Shown here: piece after piece, positions 26,149 through 38,171 of the stretch
How the letters are laid out: each line of letters begins with the position of its first letter
How positions within the stretch are numbered: position 1 is the first letter of the stretch
Assembly: GCA_047495785.1 (NCBI GenBank)
Contig: JBLDXI010000029.1
Location: forward strand, 1,612,001 to 1,676,000
Source: Lepidodermella squamata
Lineage: Eukaryota; Animalia; Gastrotricha
Direction: 5' to 3'
DNA: 64,000 nucleotides
Position numbers and translations under genes: made by a program
Notes under the pieces: model-generated
The model's input: the letters and a program-made list of their open reading frames with translations, nothing else
Told to the model about the DNA's origin: nothing
Databases searched by the model: none

Positions 26149-26780
26149 ATGGGGTCGAATTGTTCGCAGATAACAACAAAGCTTACTGTTATCTCTGGTC
26201 CGTCAGTCATTACGCAAGAGGAGTCTCAGTTGATTCAGGAGAACTTCGAAGCCATGAATAAGCATAGCCACGAAATCGCTCTGATGTGTTACGAAAGGTA
26301 AATAACTTTTCACCATTCAAACAAATGTATCTAACTCAAGCATTCAGGATTCTAGCTGAGATACCGGAAACGGCTAACGTTTTGAAAATGGCTGGTAAAG
26401 CAGCATCTACCGAGAATGAGCTGATGAATCAAGGCCTGATTATGTTGAAAGGTTATTCATTCCAATATAGATTCGACCCCTTATCAACTTTTTTCATTTT
26501 AGGAATTGAAAAATTTGTTAAGCTCTCGAGCGATCGTTATCTTATGTTCGAAGCAGCTGGCCGGCTAACGGCGTCGCATTCCGAACGGTTCGGGTTAACT
26601 GCCCACCGAATGTCACGGGCCATTCAAGCGATTCAGGAAGTCTTCATTCAGGAGGCAATGATGCATTGCAGCCATGATGAAGAAATGACGCGAACGGCTT
26701 GGAAACGCTTTTTCCGCGAACTCAACTACATATTCAGCTCGATGGCTCGCCGAAAGCCGAGCACAGTTGCAGGGCCGTAG
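26149..26780 (+). CDS. Globin G5 (MGSNCS; E7 Gln, F8 His)
   Basis: MGSNCSQ...ITQEESQLIQENFEAMNKHSHEIALMCYER | ILAEIPETANVL...ELMNQGLIMLKG | IEKFV...AGRLTASHSERFGL...TAWKRFFRELNYIF. Confidence 0.85.
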
Positions 26781-26901
26781 TAGCGAAATCAAAATCCAGT
26801 TATTAATCCTTCAATTTCGGGATAATCCTAAAACATGTTTGATCAAGTAGCTTTTGAATAAATCATCCTTTTTGAATCAGAAGAGTTGTAGCAGTTGGGA
26901 A

Positions 26902-27557
26902 ATGGGAGGATCTTGCTCACAGAATCTTGATGTCTCGGTGACGGAGCAAGATGTGCTTCAAGATCGAGCTGAAACTTCGATCAGCAAGGATGAAGCTAAT
27001 TTGCTGGCTAACAACTTTCGGGCGTTGTCAAAAAACTCTGAAGAGATAGGACTAGCCTGCGAAGAAGTGTTCGTTCCACTTGAAATTTCTGTCTTTAATT
27101 CTCCATCCTGTTATATAAAGGCTTATTGAAAGCATGGACGATGCTGCAGCTGTTTTAGGGGCTTCAAAAGGACCAGGGGGTTCAAAATCGGCCTTAATGG
27201 GACAGGGAGTGATTCTTCTCAAAGGAATAGGTCTCCTAGTAACTCTAGCGACCGATATGACGAAACTGAAAGCGACAATTGAACGACTATCCATCAAACA
27301 TTTGGACACTTATGGACTAACTCCAGTAAAGATGGCACAGGCCCTTCAGTGTAACCTTTTCTATTACAAGTTTTAACATTTCCTGTACTAGTTTTACAGG
27401 TTTTGAGGATATCTTCATCGAGCAAGCAATCAGCTATTGCCAATCAGACCGGGAGTTGACTCACTTTGCTTGGCGCAAGCTTTTCTGGGAAGCGAAAGTC
27501 CTGTTTGTCATTCAGTCAAAACGGATGAACATTGATCGCCAAAGTGATGCATTATGA
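26902..27557 (+). CDS. Globin G6 (MGGSCS; E7 Gln, F8 His)
   Basis: ISKDEANLLANNFRALSKNSEEIGLACEEV | LIESMDDAAAVL...LMGQGVILLKGIG...IERLSIKHLDTYGL...ALQ | CFEDIFIEQA...FAWRKLFWEAK...stop 27555-27557. Confidence 0.85.
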
Positions 27558-27818
27558 CCGTTTTCCTTGTCTTAATGTCACACCCCCCATATTATACCTT
27601 AGTTTCCGGGAATTAGGCTGCTAAATTTGTTACACAGCACCTTAGATCAATAAATCTATTTGTGTTTGACGTCATTTCAAGCAATTAGTGTAATTCTTCA
27701 ATAGGTGCGATGTTCCTTTCAGCCTACAGTAGTCCATAAAGCGTTTTTCCTTGCGCAGAATGTTTACTGTAAGTGCGATTAGGAGATGAAGCCTTTCCCT
27801 ACTTTCCAAACCCACGCA

Positions 27819-28510
27819 ATGGGAAGTGTCTGCACTAAAACGGTCACCAACAGTATTCCCCGCTACGACGAACACATGGCAGCCGAGCTGAGTCACGACG
27901 AAGCAGCTTTGCTATCCGAAAGCTATCGCTTAGCCTCGAGGCATTCCATGGACATTGGTTTTCTTTGTGAACAGAAGTATATTAGAAAGCATTTATGCAA
28001 CGTTTTGTCATCTTTCATCTTTCAGACTAGTGAAGTCAATGCCAGCTGCCGCTGAGATTCTGCAAGTTAACGGCGAATCGTCGCGAACACATCGTTTTTC
28101 CCTAATGGGCCAAGGCGTAATTCTCGTGAAGGGCATCGGCTACTTCGTAAACTCTGCTCGGAACCAGGAGAAAATGATCGACCACGTGGATAGAATTGCA
28201 ACGAGACACGCTGAAAGGTTCAGTTTGTCGCCGGAACAGATGGTCGAGGCGTTAGACTGTATCGAGGACACTTTCATTGAGCAGGTCATCAAACTGATAG
28301 ATGAAGAGTTCGCGGACAGTAAGTTCTCGTTTATCAAGGTTGAAATTGTTCTCAAGAATATTATTTTTTCAAGGTACTGCCATTGCGTGGAGGAAACTGT
28401 TTAGGGATGTTAAGAATCTCTTTACCGAGCAGTCGAAAACGCTGCTGATTGTGAGACCGCAAACATCTCGCAGTATGGTCAGCAACAGCAACGGAAGCTG
28501 GAAGGAATAG
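27819..28510 (+). CDS. Globin G7 (MGSVCT; E7 Gln, F8 His)
   Basis: LSHDEAALLSESYRLASRHSMDIGFLCEQK | LVKSMPAAAEIL...LMGQGVILVKGIGYFV...VDRIATRHAERFSL...CIEDTFIEQV | ...TAIAWRKLFRDVK. Confidence 0.85.
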
Positions 28511-29115
28511 CATTTTATTATCAATTTTACCTCAATAAAACAAAATGCGAAAATATCAGTCGCTTTGTGCTCAGCTAAAGCACTTCTTTCACTCCTTTGA
28601 TTGAAACGGAGAAAATAGGATTTTGGCTCCGAAAAAGGCACCGAAAGAAGAATCCGGTTATGGCCAGCAGCCAAAATGTGATCAAGGGGCTTATGCTGCA
28701 CTGCTGATCCTTTAAGATGAAAATAAGCCGAGTAACCTGAAATAAACTTGGCGGATGTCCAAGTCAGTCAAATATGAATTGCGCCATCCGTGCTATAGGA
28801 GTGTATACCGGCATCAGTCGATCAGTGATACATTGAGCATTCGAGAAGCATTTGAAAAGCGACAAATCGTGAATCGCAATCAAATAATTATCAGGGTTTA
28901 AATTGCGTTTAAGCTTTTTAATATGTTTGCACGTATCCTCTTTTGATTTAGACTCTGCAGAACAAGTATCAGCCGGAACCTCGATGGATAATTAATATTT
29001 CTATCAGGATTACAACGGTGCCTAGTATGCTCAAACATCGCATCTGGAACGTATCGCTTTTCAGTTCAAGAGCTGAAACAATTTATTCCTTCATTCCTAT
29101 CTGTGTATTTAAAAT

Positions 29116-29912
29116 ATGGGCGGAGTTTGCTCGTCGACTGTTGATCAAATTGTCGAGATGCAGAAGGAAATGTCCTCTGTGACCAACGGATCGATCATTT
29201 CGCCAAAGGAGGCGGTCATCTTACGGGATAATTCCATGGCACTATCTCGAAATACCTCAGAAATAGCTCCTGTAATTATCAAAATGTAGTTTTTTTCATT
29301 TTCCTAACTGCTTTTTCATTGATTTTTCCTTCTCCAGAATCATTCAAAGCGACATTTCGATGATAGGAATCTTCAAAGCAGCGGGTGTGGACTCGGATAA
29401 CCCGAAAGATCTATCCAGATTAGGGAAGGCCTTCATCGCAGGTTAGCGATGCCAAAAAATTGCCAATAAAGAATTTGTCTTTTGTCATAGGATTAGGATA
29501 TTTGGCAGAGCACGCGAATGATATTCCAAGGCTGCGGGGTTATTGTGATCGATTGGCACAAAGACATAACACTAAATTCGGCTTGTCTGGCCAAATTATG
29601 AGTCGTATGGTCCACGCATCCCGCGACGCTTTCATTAACGAAGCCCTTATATGCTGCCAATCTCAAAAAGACGAAGCCAAGATTGCCTGGCTCAAATTTT
29701 TCCAGATGATCGAAGGTATTTTCGCGTCGCAGACATCCCATTTAAATTCGGTCGAGAAGCCATTGATCCCAGACAAAACAGTCACGAAGGCCGAGTTAAT
29801 CCCGCCGCAGAAATCTAATGGTTCACTACGAGAGAAATCTGTCAGCGCAGTCTCCACAATTAACCACTCATATCGCTCGCCTAATAATAATGCAATGGTT
29901 AATGTTGAATAA
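29116..29912 (+). CDS. Globin G8 (MGGVCS; E7 Leu, F8 His; C-terminal extension)
   Basis: ISPKEAVILRDNSMALSRNTSEIAPVIIK | IIQSDISMIGIF...DLSRLGKAFIAG | LGYLAEHANDIPRLRGYCDRLAQRHNTKFGL...KIAWLKFFQMI. The first two exons are missing from the ORF track. Confidence 0.8.
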
Positions 29913-30007
29913 ATTATTAGCGTGGGTCTCTTTTCTGAGAATTCTAGCACCGTCAATTTAGGACAGAAACCCTCAAATCTACTATTTATGCGATTCGAGA
30001 AAATTCT

Positions 30008-30710
30008 ATGATTCAAAACATGTTATCGAAAAGTCGAGAAATTGATGTTCCCCGGTCTAGCACCGGGGATTGTAGTCCATTCTCAGGAACACCACTTTCC
30101 TACACAAACAGCCCACCTAGTTTCGGAAACCGCCTTTCCTTGGAAGAACGGGAAATCGTTCTGTTACGGCACTCCTTCGCCGCAATGATACCACGCGCGT
30201 CTGATATCGGTCTTAAAATTGTGAAAGGGTGAGACAAATCGCTTGAAAAATGACATTTGAATCATGCAAATTCGAATCTTAGGATTTCTGAGCGAGTTCC
30301 AGAGGCACTTGACATTTTCTCAACATCTCCTAATAAAATTATCCGGAAAGGTTCGTTGCTTTCAATTTTCATCAGTAGGGTAACGATTTATTTCCGTAGG
30401 AGATAAATGGGAACTTATGTCTCATGGCAAAACCCTATTTTCCGCATTAGAGCGAGCTATACTCCGCCTAAATCGACCCGGTCCTCTTGCAGACTACATG
30501 AGAACTCTAACAGAGACGCATAAAGATCGTTACAGAGTCGTTGCTCCAATGATGGTCGTGGCGACAGAAGTTATGGAATTAGTTGTTCTCGACGAACTGG
30601 TAATAGCTCACGGCCACGACACAGAAAATGACCCGTGCGATGTTTGTCAATGCTGGCGCAAGTTTTTCGATTTGTTCCGCGGCCATCTAATGTCATCTCA
30701 AACCAAGTGA
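30008..30710 (+). CDS. Globin G9 (E7 His, F8 His; compact HGH-x6-CDVC motif)
   Basis: LEEREIVLLRHSFAAMIPRASDIGLKIVKG | ISERVPEALDIF...IRK | GDKWELMSHGKTLFSALERAI...YMRTLTETHKDRY...IAHGHDTENDPCDVCQCWRKFF. Confidence 0.85.
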
Positions 30711-30929
30711 ACGCCGCCGGAATAAGACGGCGCTAATCCCTAAAATGACTTTTTACCTCTTCTCGTGAGCTGCTGAAATTGATGATGAGAGGGAGCAGCT
30801 TTTTGCGGGATTTTACATTTTGATTGACCTGTTAAGACTATTCTATACATCCGTCTCCTCGCAACTGAACCTATTAGACGATTTTACGACCGAGAATAAA
30901 CCAAAAAAAGTCAATTTTTCACATAGATA

Positions 30930-32435
30930 ATGCATCCTAGAATAGGCTTGACCAAGTCTTGCCCGATTGCCGTGCCGAAATCCAAGACCAGTGAAATTTT
31001 CGTGCGCGTCCCAGATGGCGATGAGCTAAATGTACACAGCGCTCCGAAGAGCAGTGATGGCTTGTTAACAGTCAACGCTTTGCCTATGTGTCTCAAGGCC
31101 AAATCCTCCGATAATCATGGCGAATCGGCCTATTCAAGAAGTTACAGCGAATGTAGGGGCTCGTCGTTTCTCAATGCGGAGGCAAATCGATTTTTGGACA
31201 TTGCGAAGCAGCTGAATGGAGGGATTATGATTTCGATTAGTTCCCTCAACAATTCTATCGATGATAGCCCACCTGGAAATGAGTCGAATGGAGTGCGCTG
31301 CGACCAAGTTGACCTAATACTCGACGAAACCGAGACAGACGCTGTTTTGTCAATTTTCCGCGATGCGAAAATGAAACTTGAGGATTTAGCTAATGATAGC
31401 TTGAAAAAGTTTATTTTCTGATAAATCAACCGTTGCTAACGCTTTTTTCTCGCATAGGATGAAGTCTGACACAGTAGGCAATGGAGATGGTGAGTGGGAA
31501 CTACTAAGCCAGGACATTTCCTTCCTCGACGAAGTTTCGGGCTGTCATAAACATCCTACTCTTCGCGTCATTAGTCGTAGACGTGCTGTTCCTGGTTCGC
31601 TCGATCAAGCTTCCGGTCCGATGATCTACAAAATAGGCCATTTATCTGGCAACAAAGAAGATCTATCTTGCAAGAATTGCTATGATAAACGGAGCGAGAG
31701 CCTGCCGAATGAAAATATTGAAATACCGGAACTCAGATCATCGAGAAGATCATCCGGCAGGCCTCAGTTAGTCTCCCAGCAGTTCAGTTTCACCGAGCGA
31801 CGATCCTTAGCTCCGGAGAATTCGCTGGATGTGCTTCCACGTCAACTCAATCTACCAATGGCATTCTCAGAGAAGGAAATCTCCATCCTATGGGAAACCT
31901 TCAACTACGTAAAGCACGATGCCAGTGAAATTGGGCCGAAGGCTATTAAGAGAATCGCTGCCCTAGTTCCGGACACATTCAAGATAACTTCAGAAAATGG
32001 AGTGATTCAAGTAGGCGACGATCAATGGGGGAAAATCATGCAGCAAGGTTGGCTTGAAATCATTTCGTAACCTCCTCCTTAAATTTTTGAACATTGTCAG
32101 GTTTCACGTTTTTAAATGGAATTGAGCGATTTCTATTGCGACTCAAGCGCCCACCCGTTTTGCAGCGCTATATCAAGCAGCTGGCTGAGAGTCATGAAAA
32201 GAAATACGGCGTAGGTGTGGATAAGCTGACAAGTGCTCTGAACGTTTTCGGCACGTTGCTGATGGAGTATTTGCAAAAGAAACACTACCACGGCAGCAGT
32301 GCCGATTTTGATTTGACGATGATGAAACGCTTCACCGCTGATCACAGCCAGTGTGAAATTTGCTCGTCGTGGATAAAATTCATTGGATTTATCAGCCTTC
32401 AATTATCAGCTTGCACTAACGTGACTGAAAATTAG
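30930..32435 (+). CDS. Globin G10: long N-extension containing a vestigial half-globin, then a full globin (E7 Gln, F8 His; HYH...CEIC)
   Basis: Exons ~30930-31408, 31458-32047, 32101-32435. Full domain: FSEKEISILWETFNYVKHDASEIGPKAIKR...IMQQG|FTFLNGIERFL...YIKQLAESHEKKYGV...CEICSSWIKFI. Confidence 0.8.
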
Positions 32436-32851
32436 ATGAAGTAACCCTGAGTTTCGATGGCTTCAGTCCGTTTCAAAGTAAAGCTATGTTGTGCAGATAG
32501 GACAGTGTTGGCTATCAAGAAGTTGGAATCTTTGACAGGAATTCACTTGCGTGCAGATAGGAAAAGGTGTATTGCTAATTACTTTCTATAGAAAAATATG
32601 CGGAAAAACCGCACAGGGCTCGGCCAGCATGTGTACGGTTTTCTTCCTCTATGCGTAAATCATAATAAATCAAGAAACACGTGAAGTTTTCCATGTATTA
32701 GCTTTCTCCAGTGGCTCTTTGGCGATGTGTGATAGCAAGGCACTGTATACCTATCAATCCCTAGCATATCTTTCACTGAGGAGCAGATTCGAGTTCCTAC
32801 CCTCAAGTGGTACAATATTACAAAACATTCGTTAAACCACATCTTTATCGA

Positions 32852-33008
32852 AGCGCCAAAACAACAACTATAAAGTTCGCTATGGAAAGTACGATCGACC
32901 CTTGAACGGAAGCCAAACTTACGATCAGTATGCTCGAACGTACTACATCATTACGCTGGGCTCATTCAAGTACGATCGAATGAGTCATTGAAATGGTTGT
33001 TTTGGCGC
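32852..33008. repeat. Small fold-back element
   Basis: GCGCCAAAACAAC ... GTTGTTTTGGCGC termini with internal repeated AGTACGATCG. Confidence 0.5.
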
Positions 33009-33647
33009 GTCTCTAGCGAGATATTGCTGCGCCGTGTTTTGATAGAAAATCTTACTGCCAGCCAGTTAGAACGGATAAGGTCTTTCGAAGATTCGCAGGC
33101 TTTTGTACTGATTACTTTCCTCTCATGATAAAATTCTCATACCAGGGTATTTATCGCAATTCGAGAAAGCGTGATTTCCCGCTGAATAAATTGTTTCTTT
33201 TTTTCTGCCGCAATTTTTTACATAATTCTATATAAGTATGCAACTATGCGAGCTTTTAATTTTACGCTGACGAAAGCAGGATGGTTATTTATCAATGCTA
33301 ATTTGATTCATATTTTGCATCGCTTATATAAAAGTAAACCCAGCTTATATATGTTCTACGAAACGGACCCATTTCCTTCGCTTCAATTCCGGATCCTATC
33401 GATGCGTTAAACGATCGCTTTCTGATATCTCTGGAACTCGAATTACAAGCCTGAAGAAGGAAACGCTAGAGCTCACTGATGTCGGGTAAACTTTCAGCGC
33501 ACTTTTTTAAACTATGCGAAATTCAAGAGCGCCCACTTACTCCAAGCAAATTATTGAGATCTCATTTCAAATTTAGAATTTAGAATTCGAATTTTCCGTA
33601 GATCTTATAATAATATATTATAATATTCACGTCTGCAAACGGTGGCA

Positions 33648-34785
33648 ATGTCAAAATTGGTAAGTAGGATTATTTCCCCGGCTTTAATTTGATATTGAGA
33701 AGTAATAATATTATCCTCTCCGGGGTGTGTTAAATTGATTTCCGTCTCATCCCACTTGCATCAGCGATGAATAATAATTGTCCTTAAACACTGCAAAACA
33801 GACCCCAGGGAGCAGCGAGGCGGAACCGCCGTCACGTTATTATCAGCAGAATCGGCAACGTCGGTCGTCTCATTCACATTTCTCAATTGGAATGAACATC
33901 GTCCGCAGGTTTAGCTCTTCCCTTCTGCCAGATCGCGCTGGCAATCACCGCGACTCGAGCGATAGTTTTACGATAAATGAAACAATCGCCGAGAAGCCGC
34001 TATCTCACAGCCTGGTTTCTACCACCCTGAGTTACGAAGGCCTCCTCCAGCAGAAGAATCTGGCCGTTCTACGGCGGAAAAGCAGTGGCGCGATGCCGAA
34101 CACCCCAACGTCTGATTTCAGCCTAGCGGGTAGTTCGGAATGCTGCACGGATGAGGATGATAACGACATGTTTCTCGACCTAATTCTGTCCAATGACGAA
34201 GTTCACCTGATTAAGGAAACGTTTCGCGAGGTTAAAGATCGGCGCGATGAAGTTGCACTATGTGGCGTTCAATGGTAAGTTTCAGGTCACATGCGTTTTG
34301 CTCTCAAATAGGAAATGTTTTTGTATGTCAATAGTGTTGCCGCCAGGATGCCACAGACGTTTCGTAAACTGCATATCAACCCGTCAACAGTGAGTCATCA
34401 TGAACTCATGCCATGCGACACCTGGGAGTTGCAGCAGTGCGGCGTCAACTACCTCAGCCTAATCGAGCGATGCATTCTCCGCCTTAACCGACCGCATCGA
34501 TTGAAAACGTACCTACTTGAGGCGAGTGTTGAGGAAGAGATGAATAACTCGGTCACATCCAGTGAATTCGCCCTGATAATCGCGTCGTTTGAAGAGGCGC
34601 TGATCACATTTTTCCGGGGTAGGAACCATAATATGGAGAAGTGCATCGAGGAAACGACCTTCTCCATGGAGACAGTTTCATCCTCATCAGGTTCGGATTC
34701 TACAACTGACAGTGAGATGATCGTTGCCGTCTGGACTAAATTCTTCCGTCTAATCTATTTCGCTCTATCGCTTAAAAGTAATTAA
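33648..34785 (+). CDS. Globin-fold protein G11 lacking the proximal His (F8 Glu; E7 Cys), with long Ser-rich N-extension
   Basis: Micro-exon MSKL (33648-33659) splices in frame to 33802. LSNDEVHLIKETFREVKDRRDEVALCGVQ | VAARMPQTF...WELQQCGVNYLSLIERCILRLNRPHRLKTYLLEASVEEE...VAVWTKFFRLI. Confidence 0.75.
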
Positions 34786-35150
34786 ACTTTTGAGTTGAAG
34801 TTAAAGAGGACATTTCCTTATATCGTGGTTAATCATCTTTGAGTAGCCGTTCTCTCCCGCGCTTCTCGATATTTATATATCTCTTTTGGCAGAGTTCTTG
34901 AAATAAAACTTGATACGCCTGAAGATGTTTTTTCACTTAGCTTCAAAAGCAAGACAAATGCTATTGATCGGCGCCATTTATAACCACGCAGCATTAGGCT
35001 CCCAGGTAGTGGCGCTTCCGATGTCGCGTTGAAAACATCGGAGACATAAGCACTCATCAACTTCCTCGACATTTATTTCATCAAAGACACTGGCTAGACA
35101 GCTAATTTTTCAAGTAATAGTTGTGCTTGTTTTTTATTACTTTCGGCAAA

Positions 35151-36120
35151 ATGGGGAAAGCGATTTCAACGATGAGCATTTCGGACCGAGACGGCTTTTT
35201 CGTTGCACGACATCACGATCACGGCATTGTAGCCGTTCAACACCACCTTAAAGCGAATCAAAGCGATTATGATATCGAGCGAAGGAGGAGGTCTATTCAG
35301 GTCGTGACGGCTTATGCGGAGAACAGTAGGAACCAGCGGAGATACACAGCTACAAGCGGCGATAAGCCTAGTGGCAGACCTGGGTCGAGACTTTTCTTAT
35401 CCACAAGTATTACGCCAAGCCCTGAAGAGATTGGAATACTTCAGAAAAGTATGGAACGGTGCAAAAAGCAAAGAGAAAGAATCGCGAATCGAGCAATTGC
35501 TGGGTGAGATTCTGTTCCAACTTTTAAAGAAGTAATTGCTATTTTTTCCAAAATTTTCCAGCTTCATACGGAATATGCCAGATGCGCCTGAGATGTTGGC
35601 TAGAGCAGCTAAAGCTGGAAATCGCAGGCTGGACCCTGCTGAGCTTACCCGTCGTGGGTTGATGATGTTTTCCGGGATAGAAAGATGTGTCTACGCCCTC
35701 GATAATTTGGACAAATTGCAGTCAATGGTCGCAGATTTCGCGGATCTCCACGCCCGCCATCAAGTCCCGGTTGAAGCAATCTCAATAGTCGCTGATCTAC
35801 TTGAGACGGAAATTCTCTTCGCCGTCAGAGGAATGCATGGTAAGAGCTGCCGGTTGATCTATCGCAAGACGACGCTTGACTCACTGGCTACTGCGGCGAT
35901 TTCGAACATCAGCATCGGACTGAAAGCTGCGTCTGTTAACAATTTGATCGACGAAAAGGCGACCGAGCATTTGACGGCGCGGCACCTGACGCCGCACAAT
36001 GACTGCATGGTTTGCAATGCTTGGCGTAAATTGTTCGACATTATTAACATTGTCATGATATCGCAGATGCTTTCCACGACTAAACTTGTAGCAGCTAAGA
36101 CGCTTTCTGCTGCTACCTAG
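35151..36120 (+). CDS. Globin G12 (MGKAIS; E7 Arg, F8 His; H..C...H..CMVC)
   Basis: PSPEEIGILQKSMERCKKQRERIANRAIAG | FIRNMPDAPEML...ELTRRGLMMFSGIERCV...VADFADLHARHQV...GMHGKSC...PHNDCMVCNAWRKLF. Confidence 0.85.
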
Positions 36121-36424
36121 GCAGCATGGAAGACTTCAGTTATAGTATCGAGTAAAAGAATGCGTAATCGTAAAGACTGACTTTTTTACATTTATTGACG
36201 CATGATATGGCGCTTAGCCTTCTAATAATTTAGACATCTCGCTTTTCAGGTTTTGAGCCTCTAATCATTCTACGTCAAGCCGAGGAGTCAGCTAATTACG
36301 CAAGACATTGGCTGAACTCAATTCTTCGCGAATATTTCGTCCAAGGGACATTTCGGCGTAAACAGTCTTTTCGCTCGAAAAACTCATTTCAAACGTTAGA
36401 CAACGACTGCCGCACTATATCAAC

Positions 36425-37062
36425 AAGTTATAAAGTACTTCATTATCTCCCTAATCATGAGGAATTTTTCGAGGCGGGTTTCACCATCCGATAGACCTAG
36501 TGTTCGGTAAACTTTGCTGAAATTCTCGTTAGCATCAGATCCCAGCAGGAAAACTGGCGTAAAATGCTCCATACGATTCATTCCTTTTTTGAAATTGCTA
36601 TTTTCTATTCGATATTCCATGAGCTATTTATCGCTCTTGCCAGAGGATTTAAGTGTCTTTTCGATAGCCTGTCTGAGCCGCCGATTTCTAAACAAAATTC
36701 ATCCGCTCAGCTGAAATTGGCAGCTTCACCAATTTGTGACAGATTTCCCAAATAAATTCAAAAATCGCGTTTGGTGGATTATTGGTTTTTTCTGTCACTT
36801 CAATATTGGCTATTGACCTGATTCCTTGTCAAGAAAATAACCCGATGAAGTCTTTCCACAAGGATGGTGCCACCCAACCTCAGAACTTAAAAAATGCTAT
36901 TTTTCCAAAATTTTAAGTTTTCACAAACATAGCATGCAGCAGTTTCACCAACAGTTGTTCTGCTCCTATCCGATTCTTACAAGGTTTACCGCACACTAGA
37001 TCTATCGGATGGTGAAACCCGCCTCAGAAAATTCCTCATGGTTAAGGAGATTATGAAATATC
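36425..37062. mobile_element. Degenerate fold-back element with ~100-bp inverted arms
   Basis: atctccctaatcatgaggaatttttcgaggcgggtttcaccatccgatagacctagtg (36445-) is the imperfect reverse complement of cactagatctatcggatggtgaaacccgcctcagaaaattcctcatggttaaggagat (~36994-37051). Confidence 0.7.
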
Positions 37063-38171
37063 GCTCGGCAAAAGAAATATTGTCCGAGCTTTATATAAAA
37101 AAGAAGAAACATCTCGATAGTCCATATTTCAATATAATAGTATATTGTATGGCACAGGCGGGTTTCAAGGGGACAACAACCGTCATAGACAAATATCGGT
37201 ATTGCGGCATAATAACTGCTTTTGATTGACCGTACATTTTATTGTATTATATTGTGCGCGCTAACATTTATGCTATTATGCGCGCGAATGCCCCAATATG
37301 CGCGTTCGGTGTTATGTGTTATATAAAACAATAGCGTAAACCAGCAAACAGCAACGCTTATTATTAGCTTAATTGCCAGAAATACCATTTATTTCTTTTT
37401 TTTTCTTTTTGTTGGAGCGGATCAAGCGGAAAAAATGTCAAATCAGTGAAACGTTAAAACTACAGTATTAATTTTGTTATCATAGTCACCGCTAAAGAAA
37501 AGGGGAAAAATACGGCTAAAAGCGGCTAATGTAGACAACCCGTCGATATTGACAATCTAGCCAATTAAAGTAGTAAGCTTTCAATAAAATCTCGAGAAAT
37601 CGATTGAGATACAGCCTGAAAACCGAAAATTACAATGAGATACTACAGTGCTCCCTCGGTAACTGCAAGGGGTCGGGGTCACGACCCATGAAATTATCGA
37701 GGGAAACAGGGATGATCCCCGATGATCACGAAACATCTAGATTTTCAAGAAGCTGGGCTTCTTAAATCAATCATTTCAAATCTAAATCAGTGAAAAGAGG
37801 GTCTAAATCGAATCAAATCAAAAGCACTGATCTTTGGTTCACTTCGTTGTATAGCTTTCTAATTCGAGCTTGCGTTTTGTTCATACCGCGATCTGGCGAT
37901 ATTGGCCCATTTATCGAGGTAATTAAAGGGCAGGATGCCCTCTTTCAGCCAATCTGGAATAGGGAACCTTGAGACCGCTTTTTCAAAGTCGAACTGCTGT
38001 TGAACTGAAATGCGCAAACTCCTCTGTCTTTCGAGGCGTTTTTGGTGGCCGGCTGGCCATATTCAGCTCAGTAGCATTACGTGCAGCCGGTCGAGGCGTG
38101 TGGTCGGCGATTTGGTATAATAGAGCGAGAGAAGGCACGCAGCTGAAATATCTTGTTGAGTAATCGATAGA

